From: Patescibacteria group bacterium UBA926
GTDB lineage: Bacteria > Patescibacteriota > Doudnabacteria > UBA920
Length of the DNA: 55,089 nt
NCBI GenBank assembly: GCA_002293685.1
Contig: DBDS01000004.1
Span: 100,479 to 155,567 of the forward strand
Reading direction: 5' to 3'
Position 1 is the first letter of the stretch. Each line of letters opens with the position of its first letter. Under the pieces are notes generated by a model, which was not told the origin of the DNA, searched no databases, and saw only the letters and a program-made list of their open reading frames with translations. Shown here piece by piece: positions 9,002-18,668 of this stretch. The position numbers and the translations under genes are program-made.

Positions 9002-10462
9002 ATGAACGAACGACTAGACGACATTATTGGCCACAGAAAGGCTAAACTCGAAAATTTACGATCCGCAGGGTACGAACCATTTCCATCAGAAACCGCTCGC
9101 ACACACTCAAACCACGAAGCTCTAGAGCAGTTTGAGTCTTTGGAAGGTACAAGCATAATCTTGGCAGGCCGAATCCGTAGTATGCGTGGCATGGGCAAAC
9201 TTTTGTTTTTACATATCGATGATGGCACAGGCCGTATTCAGGTCTTGCTTAAAAGCGACGACATCGGCGGCGAGCGCTTTGCGTTTTTCGTCGACAATTT
9301 TGACCTTGGCGATTTCATAGAAGCGACAGGAAAATTATTCATCACTAAGACTGGTGAAAAAACTTTGCAAGCACATGATTATAAAATCTTGGCGAAGAGT
9401 TTGCGCCCATTACCGAGCGATCATTTTGGTTTACAAGACACCGAACTTAAACTTCGCAAGCGTTACTTAGATATTTTGTTGGACAGCGAAACTAAAGAAT
9501 TGTTTGTGAAGAAAAATAAGTTTTGGCAGAGCATGCGTAAATTCCTCAGCGACCGCGGATTTTTGGAAATGGATATGCCAATTTTGGAATCTGTTCCAGG
9601 TGGTGCTGAAGCCGAACCGTTCATTACTCACCATAATGCACTAGACCGTGATTTCTTCTTAAGAATTTCTCTAGAACTTCCATTAAAGAAAATGTTGGTA
9701 GCAGGTTATGAAAAAGTTTTCGAGATAGGCCGCATTTTTCGTAACGAAGGAATATCCACAACTCACTTACAAGACTACACTCAAATGGAATTCTACTGGG
9801 CCTATGGAGATTTCGAAAAACTTCAGAAGATGCTTCAGGAAATGTATCAATTTGTAATCCAAGAAACTTTCGGTACATTGCAAATTACTTCCGGCGGCGT
9901 GACTTGCGACTGGAGCGGTGATTGGGAAAAAGTTGACTATATTGAACTATTCAAAGAACATACTGGCTTAGATTTGGAATCTTGCAGTGACGAAGATTTG
10001 AAAGCATACGCAAGCGAACAGCACATTAAGTTTGAAGACTTCGCGCAACGCGGTCGTTTAATCGATTTAATTTTCAAAAAGATTCGCGTTAATATTAAAA
10101 CTGATAAACCAGTATTTCTAATTAATCAACCGGTAGAGTTAGAACCTCTTGCCAAGCGCGACCCAAACAATCCAAAAGTTGTTCAGAGATTGCAAATCGT
10201 TGCTTACGGAACTGAACTTGGAAAAGGTTTTGGAGAACTCAACGACCCTCTCGATCAACGTCAGCGTTTCGAAGATCAAATGAAGTTACGCGCAGCAGGT
10301 GATAAGGAAGCGCAAATGATCGACGAAGATTATTTAGAAGCAATGGAATATGGTATGCCGCCAGCTGCAGGCTTCGGACTTTCAGAAAGAACTTTCAGTG
10401 TATTGGCAGATAAATCCATTCGCGAGACAGTGATTTTCCCGCCAATGAAAGAAAAGGAGTAG
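9002..10462 (+). CDS. lysS: lysyl-tRNA synthetase, class II
   Basis: It has an N-terminal OB fold and class II motifs ([28 protein letters not shown]). Confidence 0.9.
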   Translation: MNERLDDIIGHRKAKLENLRSAGYEPFPSETARTHSNHEALEQFESLEGTSIILAGRIRSMRGMGKLLFLHIDDGTGRIQVLLKSDDIGGERFAFFVDNFDLGDFIEATGKLFITKTGEKTLQAHDYKILAKSLRPLPSDHFGLQDTELKLRKRYLDILLDSETKELFVKKNKFWQSMRKFLSDRGFLEMDMPILESVPGGAEAEPFITHHNALDRDFFLRISLELPLKKMLVAGYEKVFEIGRIFRNEGISTTHLQDYTQMEFYWAYGDFEKLQKMLQEMYQFVIQETFGTLQITSGGVTCDWSGDWEKVDYIELFKEHTGLDLESCSDEDLKAYASEQHIKFEDFAQRGRLIDLIFKKIRVNIKTDKPVFLINQPVELEPLAKRDPNNPKVVQRLQIVAYGTELGKGFGELNDPLDQRQRFEDQMKLRAAGDKEAQMIDEDYLEAMEYGMPPAAGFGLSERTFSVLADKSIRETVIFPPMKEKE

Positions 10463-10463
10463 A

Positions 10464-10997
10464 ATGCCTTTATACTTCATAACAGGAAACAAAAATAAGC
10501 TGTCTGAAATGCAGGCTATCATTCCCGAAGTTGAGCAGTTAGAAATTGAACTTCCAGAAATCCAAGACATCGATTCTCATGAAATAATTAAGGCTAAACT
10601 TCAAGAAGCCTTAAAGCACCACCCCGGACCATTTATTGTTGAAGATACTTCTCTCACTGTTTCATCTATGAATGGCTTACCTGGACCATTAATTAAATGG
10701 TTTCTGAGCTCTCTGGGAGTTGATGGGATTTGGCAAATGGTTTCTAAGTATGGAAGTACGAAAGCACAAGTAAAGGCATCAATTGGTTACGCAAAAGATA
10801 TAAACTCATTTCAATTTTTTGACGGAATTGTCGAAGGCGAGATTGTATCACCTAGGGGAGATGCCAGATTTGGTTGGGATCCAATCTTTCAACCTGATGG
10901 ATATACTAAAACGTTTGCTGAAATGACACCTGAAGAAAAAAATGCCATCAGTCATCGTAAGTTAGCAGCTATGAAATTAAATGATTTTCTGAAATAA
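10464..10997 (+). CDS. HAM1/ITPA-family non-canonical purine NTP pyrophosphatase
   Basis: It contains [24 protein letters not shown] and EKNAISHR motifs. It is the short 177-aa form. Confidence 0.8.
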   Translation: MPLYFITGNKNKLSEMQAIIPEVEQLEIELPEIQDIDSHEIIKAKLQEALKHHPGPFIVEDTSLTVSSMNGLPGPLIKWFLSSLGVDGIWQMVSKYGSTKAQVKASIGYAKDINSFQFFDGIVEGEIVSPRGDARFGWDPIFQPDGYTKTFAEMTPEEKNAISHRKLAAMKLNDFLK

Positions 10998-10998
10998 A

Positions 10999-12492
10999 AT
11001 GTTAGACATAAAATTTATTCGTGAAAACGCAGACAAAGTAAAACAAGCGATTGTCGATAAATCAGTTGATTTAGATTTAGATAGATTGCTCGATCTCGAC
11101 GCACAACGTCGCACAGTTTTAGCAGAAGTAGAGTCTTTTCAAGCAACCAAAAATACTTTCTCCAAAGAACTTCCGTCATTATCTGAAGAAGATAAGAAGG
11201 CAAAGATTTTGGAAATGCAAGAATTGGATATTCGTCAGACAGAATTAAAAGATCAGTTGCGTAAATTGGATGCCGAGCTTAATGACTTGATGTTGTTGGT
11301 ACCAAATATTCCTTCACCAGAATCACCAGTTGGCAAAGACGACAGCGAGAACGTTCCTTGGAGTTACTGGTCTGTTGAACAGGGGCATGTAGACCCTAAA
11401 GATGCAGAAAAAGTAGCACTTATTCCGAAAAAGTTTGACTTCGAAGTGAAAGATCATGTCGCTTTAGGAACGAGTTTAAACTTGGTAGATTTTGATCGCG
11501 GCGTGGAAGTTTCAGGCTTCCGTGGTTATTATCTTAAAAACGAAGCCGTGTTGATGCAGAATGCGTTGTTCCATCATGCGATTACCAAGCTCCGCGAAAA
11601 AGGTTTCGAGTTAATGCAAACCCCAACGTTAGTGCGTGAGTTCGCGTTAATTGGAAGCGGACATTTTCCAACAGGCAAAGCAGAAGTTTATCAAGTTGGA
11701 AATGCGGCAAAGATGAACCCCCCTGTATCCCCCCTCGAAGAGGGGGGAGGTAAGGGGGGTGAACAAACTTTCTTGGCGGGAACATCCGAACCTTCTCTAA
11801 TTGCTTATTACGCAAACCAAATTTTAGATGAATCACAACTGCCAATTAAGTTGGTGGGAATTTCACCATGTTATCGCAGCGAAGTTGGTAGTTATGGTAA
11901 AGATGTAAAAGGCTTGTACCGCGTTCATGAATTTATGAAAGTCGAACAAGTTGTCATTTGTAAAGCCGACATTTACGAAAGTGATAAATGGCAAGAGGCG
12001 TTGCGTGAAATTTCTGAAGAGCTCCTTCAAGATTTAAAATTACCTTACCGTGTTCTGAATATTTGTACTGGTGATATGGGCGCCGGTAAATACAAAATGT
12101 ATGATATTGAAACTTGGATGCCAGGACGAAACAATTATGGCGAAACGCATAGTGACTCTAATCTAACCGATTGGCAAGCGCGTCGTTTGAATATTCGTTA
12201 TCGCGCGGCTGATGGCCAAATTAAATTTGCTTACACATTGAATAACACTGCATTTGCGAGTCCGCGAATTCTGATTGCTATTATGGAAAACTATCAGAAA
12301 GCAGATGGAAGTATTGAAGTTCCAGAAATTTTGCAAAGCTACGTTGGAACAAAAGTGATTATGCCAAAGGGTTCGAAGCAGAAAAGTGTTGATGAAGAAT
12401 CAGAACTTGTTGTTAAGTCAGAAAAACCAGTGACAGAAACACCTAAAGAGGAAACTAAAGCAGAAACTCCTGCTCCAGAAGCAAAAATCTGA
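10999..12492 (+). CDS. serS: seryl-tRNA synthetase with an internal 15-aa palindromic-element insertion and a K/E/P-rich C-terminal tail
   Basis: It has the N-terminal coiled-coil arm and class II motifs (CYRSEVGSYGKDVKGLYRVHEF, HSDSNLTDWQARRL, TLNNTAFASPR). Confidence 0.9.
   Translation: MLDIKFIRENADKVKQAIVDKSVDLDLDRLLDLDAQRRTVLAEVESFQATKNTFSKELPSLSEEDKKAKILEMQELDIRQTELKDQLRKLDAELNDLMLLVPNIPSPESPVGKDDSENVPWSYWSVEQGHVDPKDAEKVALIPKKFDFEVKDHVALGTSLNLVDFDRGVEVSGFRGYYLKNEAVLMQNALFHHAITKLREKGFELMQTPTLVREFALIGSGHFPTGKAEVYQVGNAAKMNPPVSPLEEGGGKGGEQTFLAGTSEPSLIAYYANQILDESQLPIKLVGISPCYRSEVGSYGKDVKGLYRVHEFMKVEQVVICKADIYESDKWQEALREISEELLQDLKLPYRVLNICTGDMGAGKYKMYDIETWMPGRNNYGETHSDSNLTDWQARRLNIRYRAADGQIKFAYTLNNTAFASPRILIAIMENYQKADGSIEVPEILQSYVGTKVIMPKGSKQKSVDEESELVVKSEKPVTETPKEETKAETPAPEAKI
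11716..11760 (+). repeat. GC-rich double hairpin (..CCCCCC TGTAT CCCCCCTCGAAGAGGGGGG AGGTAA GGGGGG..) inserted in frame in serS
   Basis: This was read directly. It encodes NPPVSPLEEGGGKGG. The core has the same architecture as GTATCCCCGGGCGAAGACCCGGGG. Confidence 0.8.
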
Positions 12493-12524
12493 ACCAGAAA
12501 CTAAGCCAGAAGAAAAGAAATAAT

Positions 12525-13784
12525 ATGAAGCAGTTCGTTGCTAAACGTTTGGCGATATTGGCACGACAGCTCATCGCTAAGCACAAACCTAAAATTATCG
12601 GCATTACTGGGAGTGTGGGAAAAACCTCCGCGCGTGATGCAATTTACGCGGTAGTATCTACCGCGTTTTGGGCTAGAAAAGGCCACGAAAACTATAACAA
12701 CGAGTTAGGGTTGCCTTTGGCTATCTTGGGGCAAAAGTCTCCTGGACGCAGCGCTTTTGGATGGGGAATGATTTTAGTTAAAGGTTATTTCAGTTTATGG
12801 TTTGGCTCTTTCCCGAAAGTTTTAGTCTTGGAAATGGGTGTGGATAAACCCGGTGATATGGATTATCTGCTATCAATCGCGAAGCCTGACATTGCTGTAA
12901 TCACTAATATCGGAATTTCACATTACGAATTTTTTGGTTCAACCGAAGCAGTTGCTCATGAAAAAGGAAAATTAGTTACAGCAGTGAGTTCTAGTGGAGC
13001 GGTAATTTTAAATGCTGATAACGAAACAGCTTATGCGCAAAGAACAAAAACTAGTGCTAAAGTAATCGGTTATGGCTTTGGTGATCAAAGTGATGTGCGA
13101 ATGCAAATTGAAACAGAAAAGTTTGTTGTCCCTGCTGAAACCAAATTAATTGTTCATACACCAACTCAAAATTTTGGGGTAACAGTACCTGCAATTGGAT
13201 TACCGCATATTAGTAGTTGCGGTTCCGCTGTGGCTGTTGGTTTGTATTTAGGTCTTTCAATAGAAAATATACAAAAAGGATTACGCTCGTACAAGCCCGT
13301 GCCAGGACGTTTGAATTTAATTAGTGGAATTCGGAAAACTTTAATCATTGATGATAGTTATAATGCATCACCTGATTCTGTCAATGAAGCTTTGCAAATT
13401 GTTAACCGATTACCACACCAACATAAAGTAGTTATCTTAGGCGACATGCTGGAATTGGGTGATTTAAGTGAATCGGCTCATAAGAAAATTGGTACTCAAG
13501 TTGGTGAAATGAAAATCGACAAACTTATTACGGTAGGTTCACTGGGAAAAATAATCGCTGAAGCCGCGAAGTTAGCTGGTATGGATTCGGAGAAAATAGT
13601 TTCATTTAATGATAGTAAGGAAGCCAGTGATCATATTCGAACTGGTTTAGTCCCTGAGAGTGCAATTTTGATTAAAGGCTCACAAGGTGTGCGAATGGAA
13701 AGAATTTCCAAAGAGTTATTAGCTGATCCAATGAGTGCTACTAATTTATTGCCAAGACAATACGGAAGTTGGCTGGAGAAATAA
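12525..13784 (+). CDS. murF: UDP-MurNAc-tripeptide--D-Ala-D-Ala ligase
   Basis: It has the Mur ligase P-loop GITGSVGKTS and the DDSYNASPDS motif typical of MurF. Confidence 0.8.
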   Translation: MKQFVAKRLAILARQLIAKHKPKIIGITGSVGKTSARDAIYAVVSTAFWARKGHENYNNELGLPLAILGQKSPGRSAFGWGMILVKGYFSLWFGSFPKVLVLEMGVDKPGDMDYLLSIAKPDIAVITNIGISHYEFFGSTEAVAHEKGKLVTAVSSSGAVILNADNETAYAQRTKTSAKVIGYGFGDQSDVRMQIETEKFVVPAETKLIVHTPTQNFGVTVPAIGLPHISSCGSAVAVGLYLGLSIENIQKGLRSYKPVPGRLNLISGIRKTLIIDDSYNASPDSVNEALQIVNRLPHQHKVVILGDMLELGDLSESAHKKIGTQVGEMKIDKLITVGSLGKIIAEAAKLAGMDSEKIVSFNDSKEASDHIRTGLVPESAILIKGSQGVRMERISKELLADPMSATNLLPRQYGSWLEK

Positions 13785-14897
13785 ATGTTTTTCAATAAAA
13801 AAAAGGCGAAGCTTGATTCTAAAGTTAGATTTCAGCACAAGCAATTTAAAACCAAATTAGATACTGCAAGGACTTATAAGCGTAGTAGTAAAGCAGTCCC
13901 GGATTCCGGATTCGGTAAATTTATGAGTTCAGTTGGTCTCCGCTCAAGATGGTCACAGGGTTTATTTTTTGTGTTACTTGGGACTTTGTTTTACTTAGCC
14001 TATATTCCGAATTTTTTGTCGGTGCAGAATATTTCAATTTCAGGATTATCTCAGGAGCAAACAGAACAACTCGATGCAGCAATCCGAAAGCAAATTTTAG
14101 ACAGTTCGTTTTTTAACCCCCAGAGGAATTTAGTAGTACTTCAAACTGAAACAATCATTGCCGCAGCAAGGACTATCCCATCAATCGATTACATCGCTTC
14201 AATAGACAAGGATCTTGGTTCACAAACTTTATATGTTAACGCTGCTAGTAAATACGAACGCTTTTTAGTTGCTACACCAGAAAAAGTTTATGACGTTTAT
14301 AATGACGGTTCGCTAACTAGAGAAGCAGGATTGATTAGGATGGATTGGTCGGGGACACTCACACCTTCAATGATTAAGGTTCAGTTGTATCAGGAGTTTG
14401 ATTTTGAAACTCATCGCCAACTCTTCCATCCCGATTTAATGAATTACCTGAACCGATTGTTAGAACAAGTTAATTTAATTGAAGGTCAACAGCTCGCGTA
14501 TTTAACATTTCGTGAACCAGAAGCGCCAGAACCAATTAATCAACCTACTGTCGAACAAATTCCCATAGAGACTGAGGTCGACGAGGAATCAGTGCCGGAA
14601 GGTGAGGAAACCTCACAGGCAGCAGAAAAGGTTGTCATCGAAGCTGAGCCGCTTCCTAAGTTATCTCTACCATACAATAGTAGTGAGGTTCATGTTGTTT
14701 ACTATAAAGATAATGATGTCCGTAGAACTTACAAAGTAATTTTTGATGCAACAGCTGATCCAGTGAAAACTATAGAGGAACTTCGCTTCCTATTAGCTCA
14801 GACAGCACCTGATCGTTACAATCGACTATTTTATATTGATATGCGTATTCCAGACAAAGCTTTTATTTGTTTAGAAAATACAGCTTGTTCAAATTAA
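13785..14897 (+). CDS. putative FtsQ-like cell-division protein (single TM helix plus POTRA-like segment)
   Basis: It has a basic N-terminus and one TM helix (LFFVLLGTLFYLAYI), followed by VQNISISGLS as in FtsQ POTRA domains. It sits next to murF. The sequence evidence is weak. Confidence 0.4.
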   Translation: MFFNKKKAKLDSKVRFQHKQFKTKLDTARTYKRSSKAVPDSGFGKFMSSVGLRSRWSQGLFFVLLGTLFYLAYIPNFLSVQNISISGLSQEQTEQLDAAIRKQILDSSFFNPQRNLVVLQTETIIAAARTIPSIDYIASIDKDLGSQTLYVNAASKYERFLVATPEKVYDVYNDGSLTREAGLIRMDWSGTLTPSMIKVQLYQEFDFETHRQLFHPDLMNYLNRLLEQVNLIEGQQLAYLTFREPEAPEPINQPTVEQIPIETEVDEESVPEGEETSQAAEKVVIEAEPLPKLSLPYNSSEVHVVYYKDNDVRRTYKVIFDATADPVKTIEELRFLLAQTAPDRYNRLFYIDMRIPDKAFICLENTACSN

Positions 14898-14916
14898 GTA
14901 CTTGATAGACTCAAAA

Positions 14917-14946
14917 CCCCGATTTGTGCGGCCGCACAAATCGGGG
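14917..14946 (-). terminator. perfect 30-nt palindrome between convergent genes; the U-tract is only on the minus strand
   Basis: The sequence is CCCCGATTTGTGCGGCCGCACAAATCGGGG, with AAAA on its left side. Confidence 0.7.
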
Positions 14947-14961
14947 TAGGTGTCTTATAAA

Positions 14962-16530
14962 TTAATTTACCTGATACTGGGTAACAGCTACCCATGTTCC
15001 GACATAAGGACGAACATCCGCCTCAGCGCGTTCATCAACTTGGATCCAGTTGGTTGGGACCAATGGCTTAGTTCCTCCAAAACCATTTGTCCAGATTAGC
15101 CATACTGTATCACCAGCTTGCGTACTTTCTTCAAAATCTAATACCAGTTCTTCATCAACTAAAATCGCAGTGCCAGCAAAGTGAGGCATGTCTTTAGTCA
15201 GACTACCATTGGTGTAGAGATATGGGCGATTAGTTTGTTTGTACACATGAGTGTTGTAATATTTGTAGTTAAAAAATTCAAAGTTACTACCAACATAAAT
15301 TTTATGCTCAGGTTCAACATTGGCATTTAAATACTTGGCAATAGCTGCCATGCCTGGTCGTTCATTGACATTTATTTCGTTCCAGTAATATCCGATGCTA
15401 AATATGAACGAACCAGTAATGACTAATAGCGCAAGAGTTTTTAGGACAGAGATTTGAATTCTGGCGATCCATAGTCCAAGCATTATCATCAAGAAAGGTG
15501 CCGCAAAAATAAAGTAACGCACCATGTAAACCGAAGAGTCACTTCCTTGAAGTTTGGCCATTATCAAAAACAGGAATGCACCACCAAATGGTGCCAAAAA
15601 TGCACCTAAGGTAAGCCATTTTTCGGTTTGGTGTATTTTTTTCATGAATCCCCAGACAAACCAAACCACAAAAATTGTAGTGAGCGCCATTACAATTTTA
15701 CTTGGCGCACCGACGTTGAAAGTAATTCTATAAAGTGTATCGGGAATACTCCAGATGTTCATAGGTGGAATCCAGTAACCCGCACCAACTTGATTGTATT
15801 GGTAGATGAACCAGTTAAGCCATGGAACATATAACAAAGCCATTCCGACAGCAGACAGAACTAACCAGATGTATCTTTTAATGTTCCATTTAAATGTAAT
15901 CCAAAGATATAAAATTCCATACAAGCCTAACGCGGCGACTGTGAACAATAGATAGTAGTGAGTGTACATCAAAGCTGAGCCAGTTAAAGTAAATCCTAGA
16001 TAGTAAAGGAACAATTTTAATCTGCTCGGTTTTAAACCCGAACCTGTGATGTAGTAATTTTTTGTTGCTTGTAATGCAAGTCCTAATAAATAAGCAGCGA
16101 GAACAGCGAAGAACGCACCCATTGTGTACATTCGAGCTTCAGTTACATACTGAACTTGAAAAGGATTCACAGCGATTAGTGTCGCAGTAATTAACGCAGC
16201 TCTGGTTCCACCTAAAAATCTTTTTACAAAAACGTAACCGATAATTATTGTTCCAACCCCGAAAGCAACCGACATGGCCCGCAAACTAAACAAAGAATGC
16301 CCAAAAACATAGTGCCAAACTCGGAGGAACATATAGTACAGAGGAGGGTGCACATCTAAGCCAATCCGATACAACATTTCACCCCAAGAGTATTTAATTA
16401 ACAAGGCCGAAAACGCTTCATCGTGCCAGAGTGAAATTTTAGTGAGATTGAACAATCGCAAACCGGTACCGCCGGCGATTATGAGTAATAGAATCCAATA
16501 CTTGTTAAGGAAGTTTAAGATACTTTGCAT
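14962..16530 (-). CDS. GT-C fold membrane glycosyltransferase (GT39/GT83, ArnT/PMT-like)
   Basis: It has more than 10 predicted TM helices and a first-loop motif LWHDEAFSAL like the DE motif of ArnT/PMT enzymes. It also has a soluble C-terminal domain. Confidence 0.7.
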   Translation of the reverse strand: MQSILNFLNKYWILLLIIAGGTGLRLFNLTKISLWHDEAFSALLIKYSWGEMLYRIGLDVHPPLYYMFLRVWHYVFGHSLFSLRAMSVAFGVGTIIIGYVFVKRFLGGTRAALITATLIAVNPFQVQYVTEARMYTMGAFFAVLAAYLLGLALQATKNYYITGSGLKPSRLKLFLYYLGFTLTGSALMYTHYYLLFTVAALGLYGILYLWITFKWNIKRYIWLVLSAVGMALLYVPWLNWFIYQYNQVGAGYWIPPMNIWSIPDTLYRITFNVGAPSKIVMALTTIFVVWFVWGFMKKIHQTEKWLTLGAFLAPFGGAFLFLIMAKLQGSDSSVYMVRYFIFAAPFLMIMLGLWIARIQISVLKTLALLVITGSFIFSIGYYWNEINVNERPGMAAIAKYLNANVEPEHKIYVGSNFEFFNYKYYNTHVYKQTNRPYLYTNGSLTKDMPHFAGTAILVDEELVLDFEESTQAGDTVWLIWTNGFGGTKPLVPTNWIQVDERAEADVRPYVGTWVAVTQYQVN

Positions 16531-16553
16531 CTAATTATTTTTTATTTATCAAC

Positions 16554-18224
16554 TTATTCTTGATAGATGTAGACGGCCATGACAGTTTGGCCAAACTTGT
16601 TTCGCTTTTCGATTTCTAGTCGTGCATTCGGATGATACTCCTTGAATTTGCGGATATCGAATAGGCTCGATTGAGTAAAGACAATTTTATCCCCATTTTT
16701 ATAATTTGGATATTCCCAAGCATTTTCCGGATCAACCTGAGTGTAAGGATTGTTGCGTGGATTGCTAGGATTTGGACCATCAACGAAAGTCATGTAATCT
16801 ACTGTTTGTTTTGAAAATTTATCGAGGATTAGATATGTGTTTTCTTTTTCACCAAACTCATTGAGATATTCGGTAACGACTGTTAAATCTGAGCGGAATG
16901 CGTATGCGTATTCAGGATTGTTGGCAATTTTTATGAAATATAAAATATATGCTTGAGAAGTAAGCGCAGCAACGAAGCTCGCAATTAACAAGGTTTTTAG
17001 GAAGATAATAAATTTTTGTTTCCATGGTGAAAGTAATGGCCAGTATTTATTGGAAATATTATGAGCTTTTTCCACAACCCAATATAAACCGATTGCAGTA
17101 ATGATAAATACCACAGGAATTGTCCCAATTGCCCTGAGTCCGTGAGGTATTCCTTCTGCTGTAGTGATAACAGGCAATAACATAGACCAGAACCAGCCTG
17201 CTAGTGCAAAGTAAGTCCAGTCACGTGGGTGTTTGTGAGGTAAGAACGTGTATCGAATTGCAAACCACATTACCAGAGCCATACCAATCAATAAGAATGG
17301 AGAAATTATTATAGATAGAAAAGGTTCGCCTGAAACATTGTGACGCCAGTTAAGATCTCCATCCCAGAAGTATGCTTTCAGACTAAGACCAGTAACATGC
17401 AGAATTGTTCCAACCAGATCACCTTGGTTCAATTCAGGATTGAAGACTGAAACCTGTCCGCTACGTCCGACGAAAGAACCAGGGTGTGTATAAAAATAAT
17501 GTGCGAGAGGGAAAATAAATATAACAAAAGCCAGCCCTGCCAGCATTGTGGGTGCAAAGTATTTTTTAATTTGCAAAAAGCGTGGTTGCTTGAAAATATC
17601 TACCAGCATTGGCCAAAGTACCATTATGCCGATTGCTGGCGCTAGAATACGGTATGCAATATATGTGTAAAATCCTAGTGCGAAGGCAATTCCTGTTAGA
17701 GCGGCCATCCAATATTGTTTAGCCCTGGAAGTAGCTTGCACTGTTGCAACCATGAAGTAGAGAGTGAGTGCGGCGAAAAACGGAATTAAGTTCGCACGAA
17801 AAGCAGTTCGTGAAAGAACGATGTGCCATGCCGATACAGCAACCATGAACATAGCGAGTAGTGCTATCCATGTTGCTCTGTCTTTATTCCCGTTTTCATC
17901 TGCAAGTAGTACCAAGCGGCGCGTTACAAAGAATGTAATAATTACAGTGAAGATACCTGCAAGACCAGAAACTAAATGATGAGCAAATGGAGTTTTACCA
18001 AAAGCTTCTACGCTAGCCCATTGCATATAAAAGAACAAAGCTTCACGTCCGTTACCACGTTCATAAAACGGTTGAAGATCACCTTGCTGCATGGAAATAA
18101 TATCTAGTCCGTTAGCAGCTTCATCTGGGAAGAGTCCTCCAGGGAGTTGGTTGATTAAAAATAATCTAAAAAATACGGCTAGGAATAAGATTCCAGCAAA
18201 AAGCAGTTTTTGTTTTTTTGTCAT
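16554..18224 (-). CDS. GT-C fold membrane glycosyltransferase (GT39/GT83, ArnT/PMT-like), paralogue of the neighbouring gene
   Basis: It is polytopic, has the first-loop motif LFPDEAANGLD, and has a C-terminal soluble domain. Confidence 0.7.
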   Translation of the reverse strand: MTKKQKLLFAGILFLAVFFRLFLINQLPGGLFPDEAANGLDIISMQQGDLQPFYERGNGREALFFYMQWASVEAFGKTPFAHHLVSGLAGIFTVIITFFVTRRLVLLADENGNKDRATWIALLAMFMVAVSAWHIVLSRTAFRANLIPFFAALTLYFMVATVQATSRAKQYWMAALTGIAFALGFYTYIAYRILAPAIGIMVLWPMLVDIFKQPRFLQIKKYFAPTMLAGLAFVIFIFPLAHYFYTHPGSFVGRSGQVSVFNPELNQGDLVGTILHVTGLSLKAYFWDGDLNWRHNVSGEPFLSIIISPFLLIGMALVMWFAIRYTFLPHKHPRDWTYFALAGWFWSMLLPVITTAEGIPHGLRAIGTIPVVFIITAIGLYWVVEKAHNISNKYWPLLSPWKQKFIIFLKTLLIASFVAALTSQAYILYFIKIANNPEYAYAFRSDLTVVTEYLNEFGEKENTYLILDKFSKQTVDYMTFVDGPNPSNPRNNPYTQVDPENAWEYPNYKNGDKIVFTQSSLFDIRKFKEYHPNARLEIEKRNKFGQTVMAVYIYQE

Positions 18225-18283
18225 TGGTTCTTTTAATTGCGATGTTGTTTTATAGAAAATATTGCTATAATATCCTTAGTTTT

Positions 18284-18658
18284 ATGGAAATTAACACTTC
18301 TACTGACAATAATCCTCAAACAGGTCGGCAGCAATTTTTGCGTATTGCCAACTTATTTTGGGTTTCTGCAATCGTTTCATTTATTGTAACATTGATTGTC
18401 ATTCTTATCAAAATAAATGGTTCATCAGAAATCGTTGCACTCCGCTATAATATAATTATCGGAGTTAGTGAAATTGGAAACCGTTATCAGTTACTACAAC
18501 TTCCTTTAGCAGGTTTGTTAGTTGGAGTTGTTAATTTTGCACTAACTAAATTGAATAAATCTAATCAACAAATTTTACCATTACTTGCGAGTACAGTTGC
18601 ATTAGCGGCAAACTTAATCTTGTTGTTCTCAGCATTGTTGCTGTTTCAGGTAAACTAG
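18284..18658 (+). CDS. small membrane protein (3 TM helices), start re-assigned to the internal ATG
   Basis: The track ORF starts at 18218 and overlaps the divergent gene start. TGCTATAAT at 18263-18271 lies 12 nt upstream of the ATG at 18284, which favours the shorter 124-aa product. Confidence 0.45.
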   Translation: MEINTSTDNNPQTGRQQFLRIANLFWVSAIVSFIVTLIVILIKINGSSEIVALRYNIIIGVSEIGNRYQLLQLPLAGLLVGVVNFALTKLNKSNQQILPLLASTVALAANLILLFSALLLFQVN

Positions 18659-18668
18659 AAATATCATT

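Noticed and set aside
18218-18283. Upstream start for the small membrane protein (track ORF 18218-18658).
   Set aside because: It would overlap the start of the divergent GT-C gene and would place the TGCTATAAT promoter box inside the CDS. The internal ATG at 18284 is preferred.
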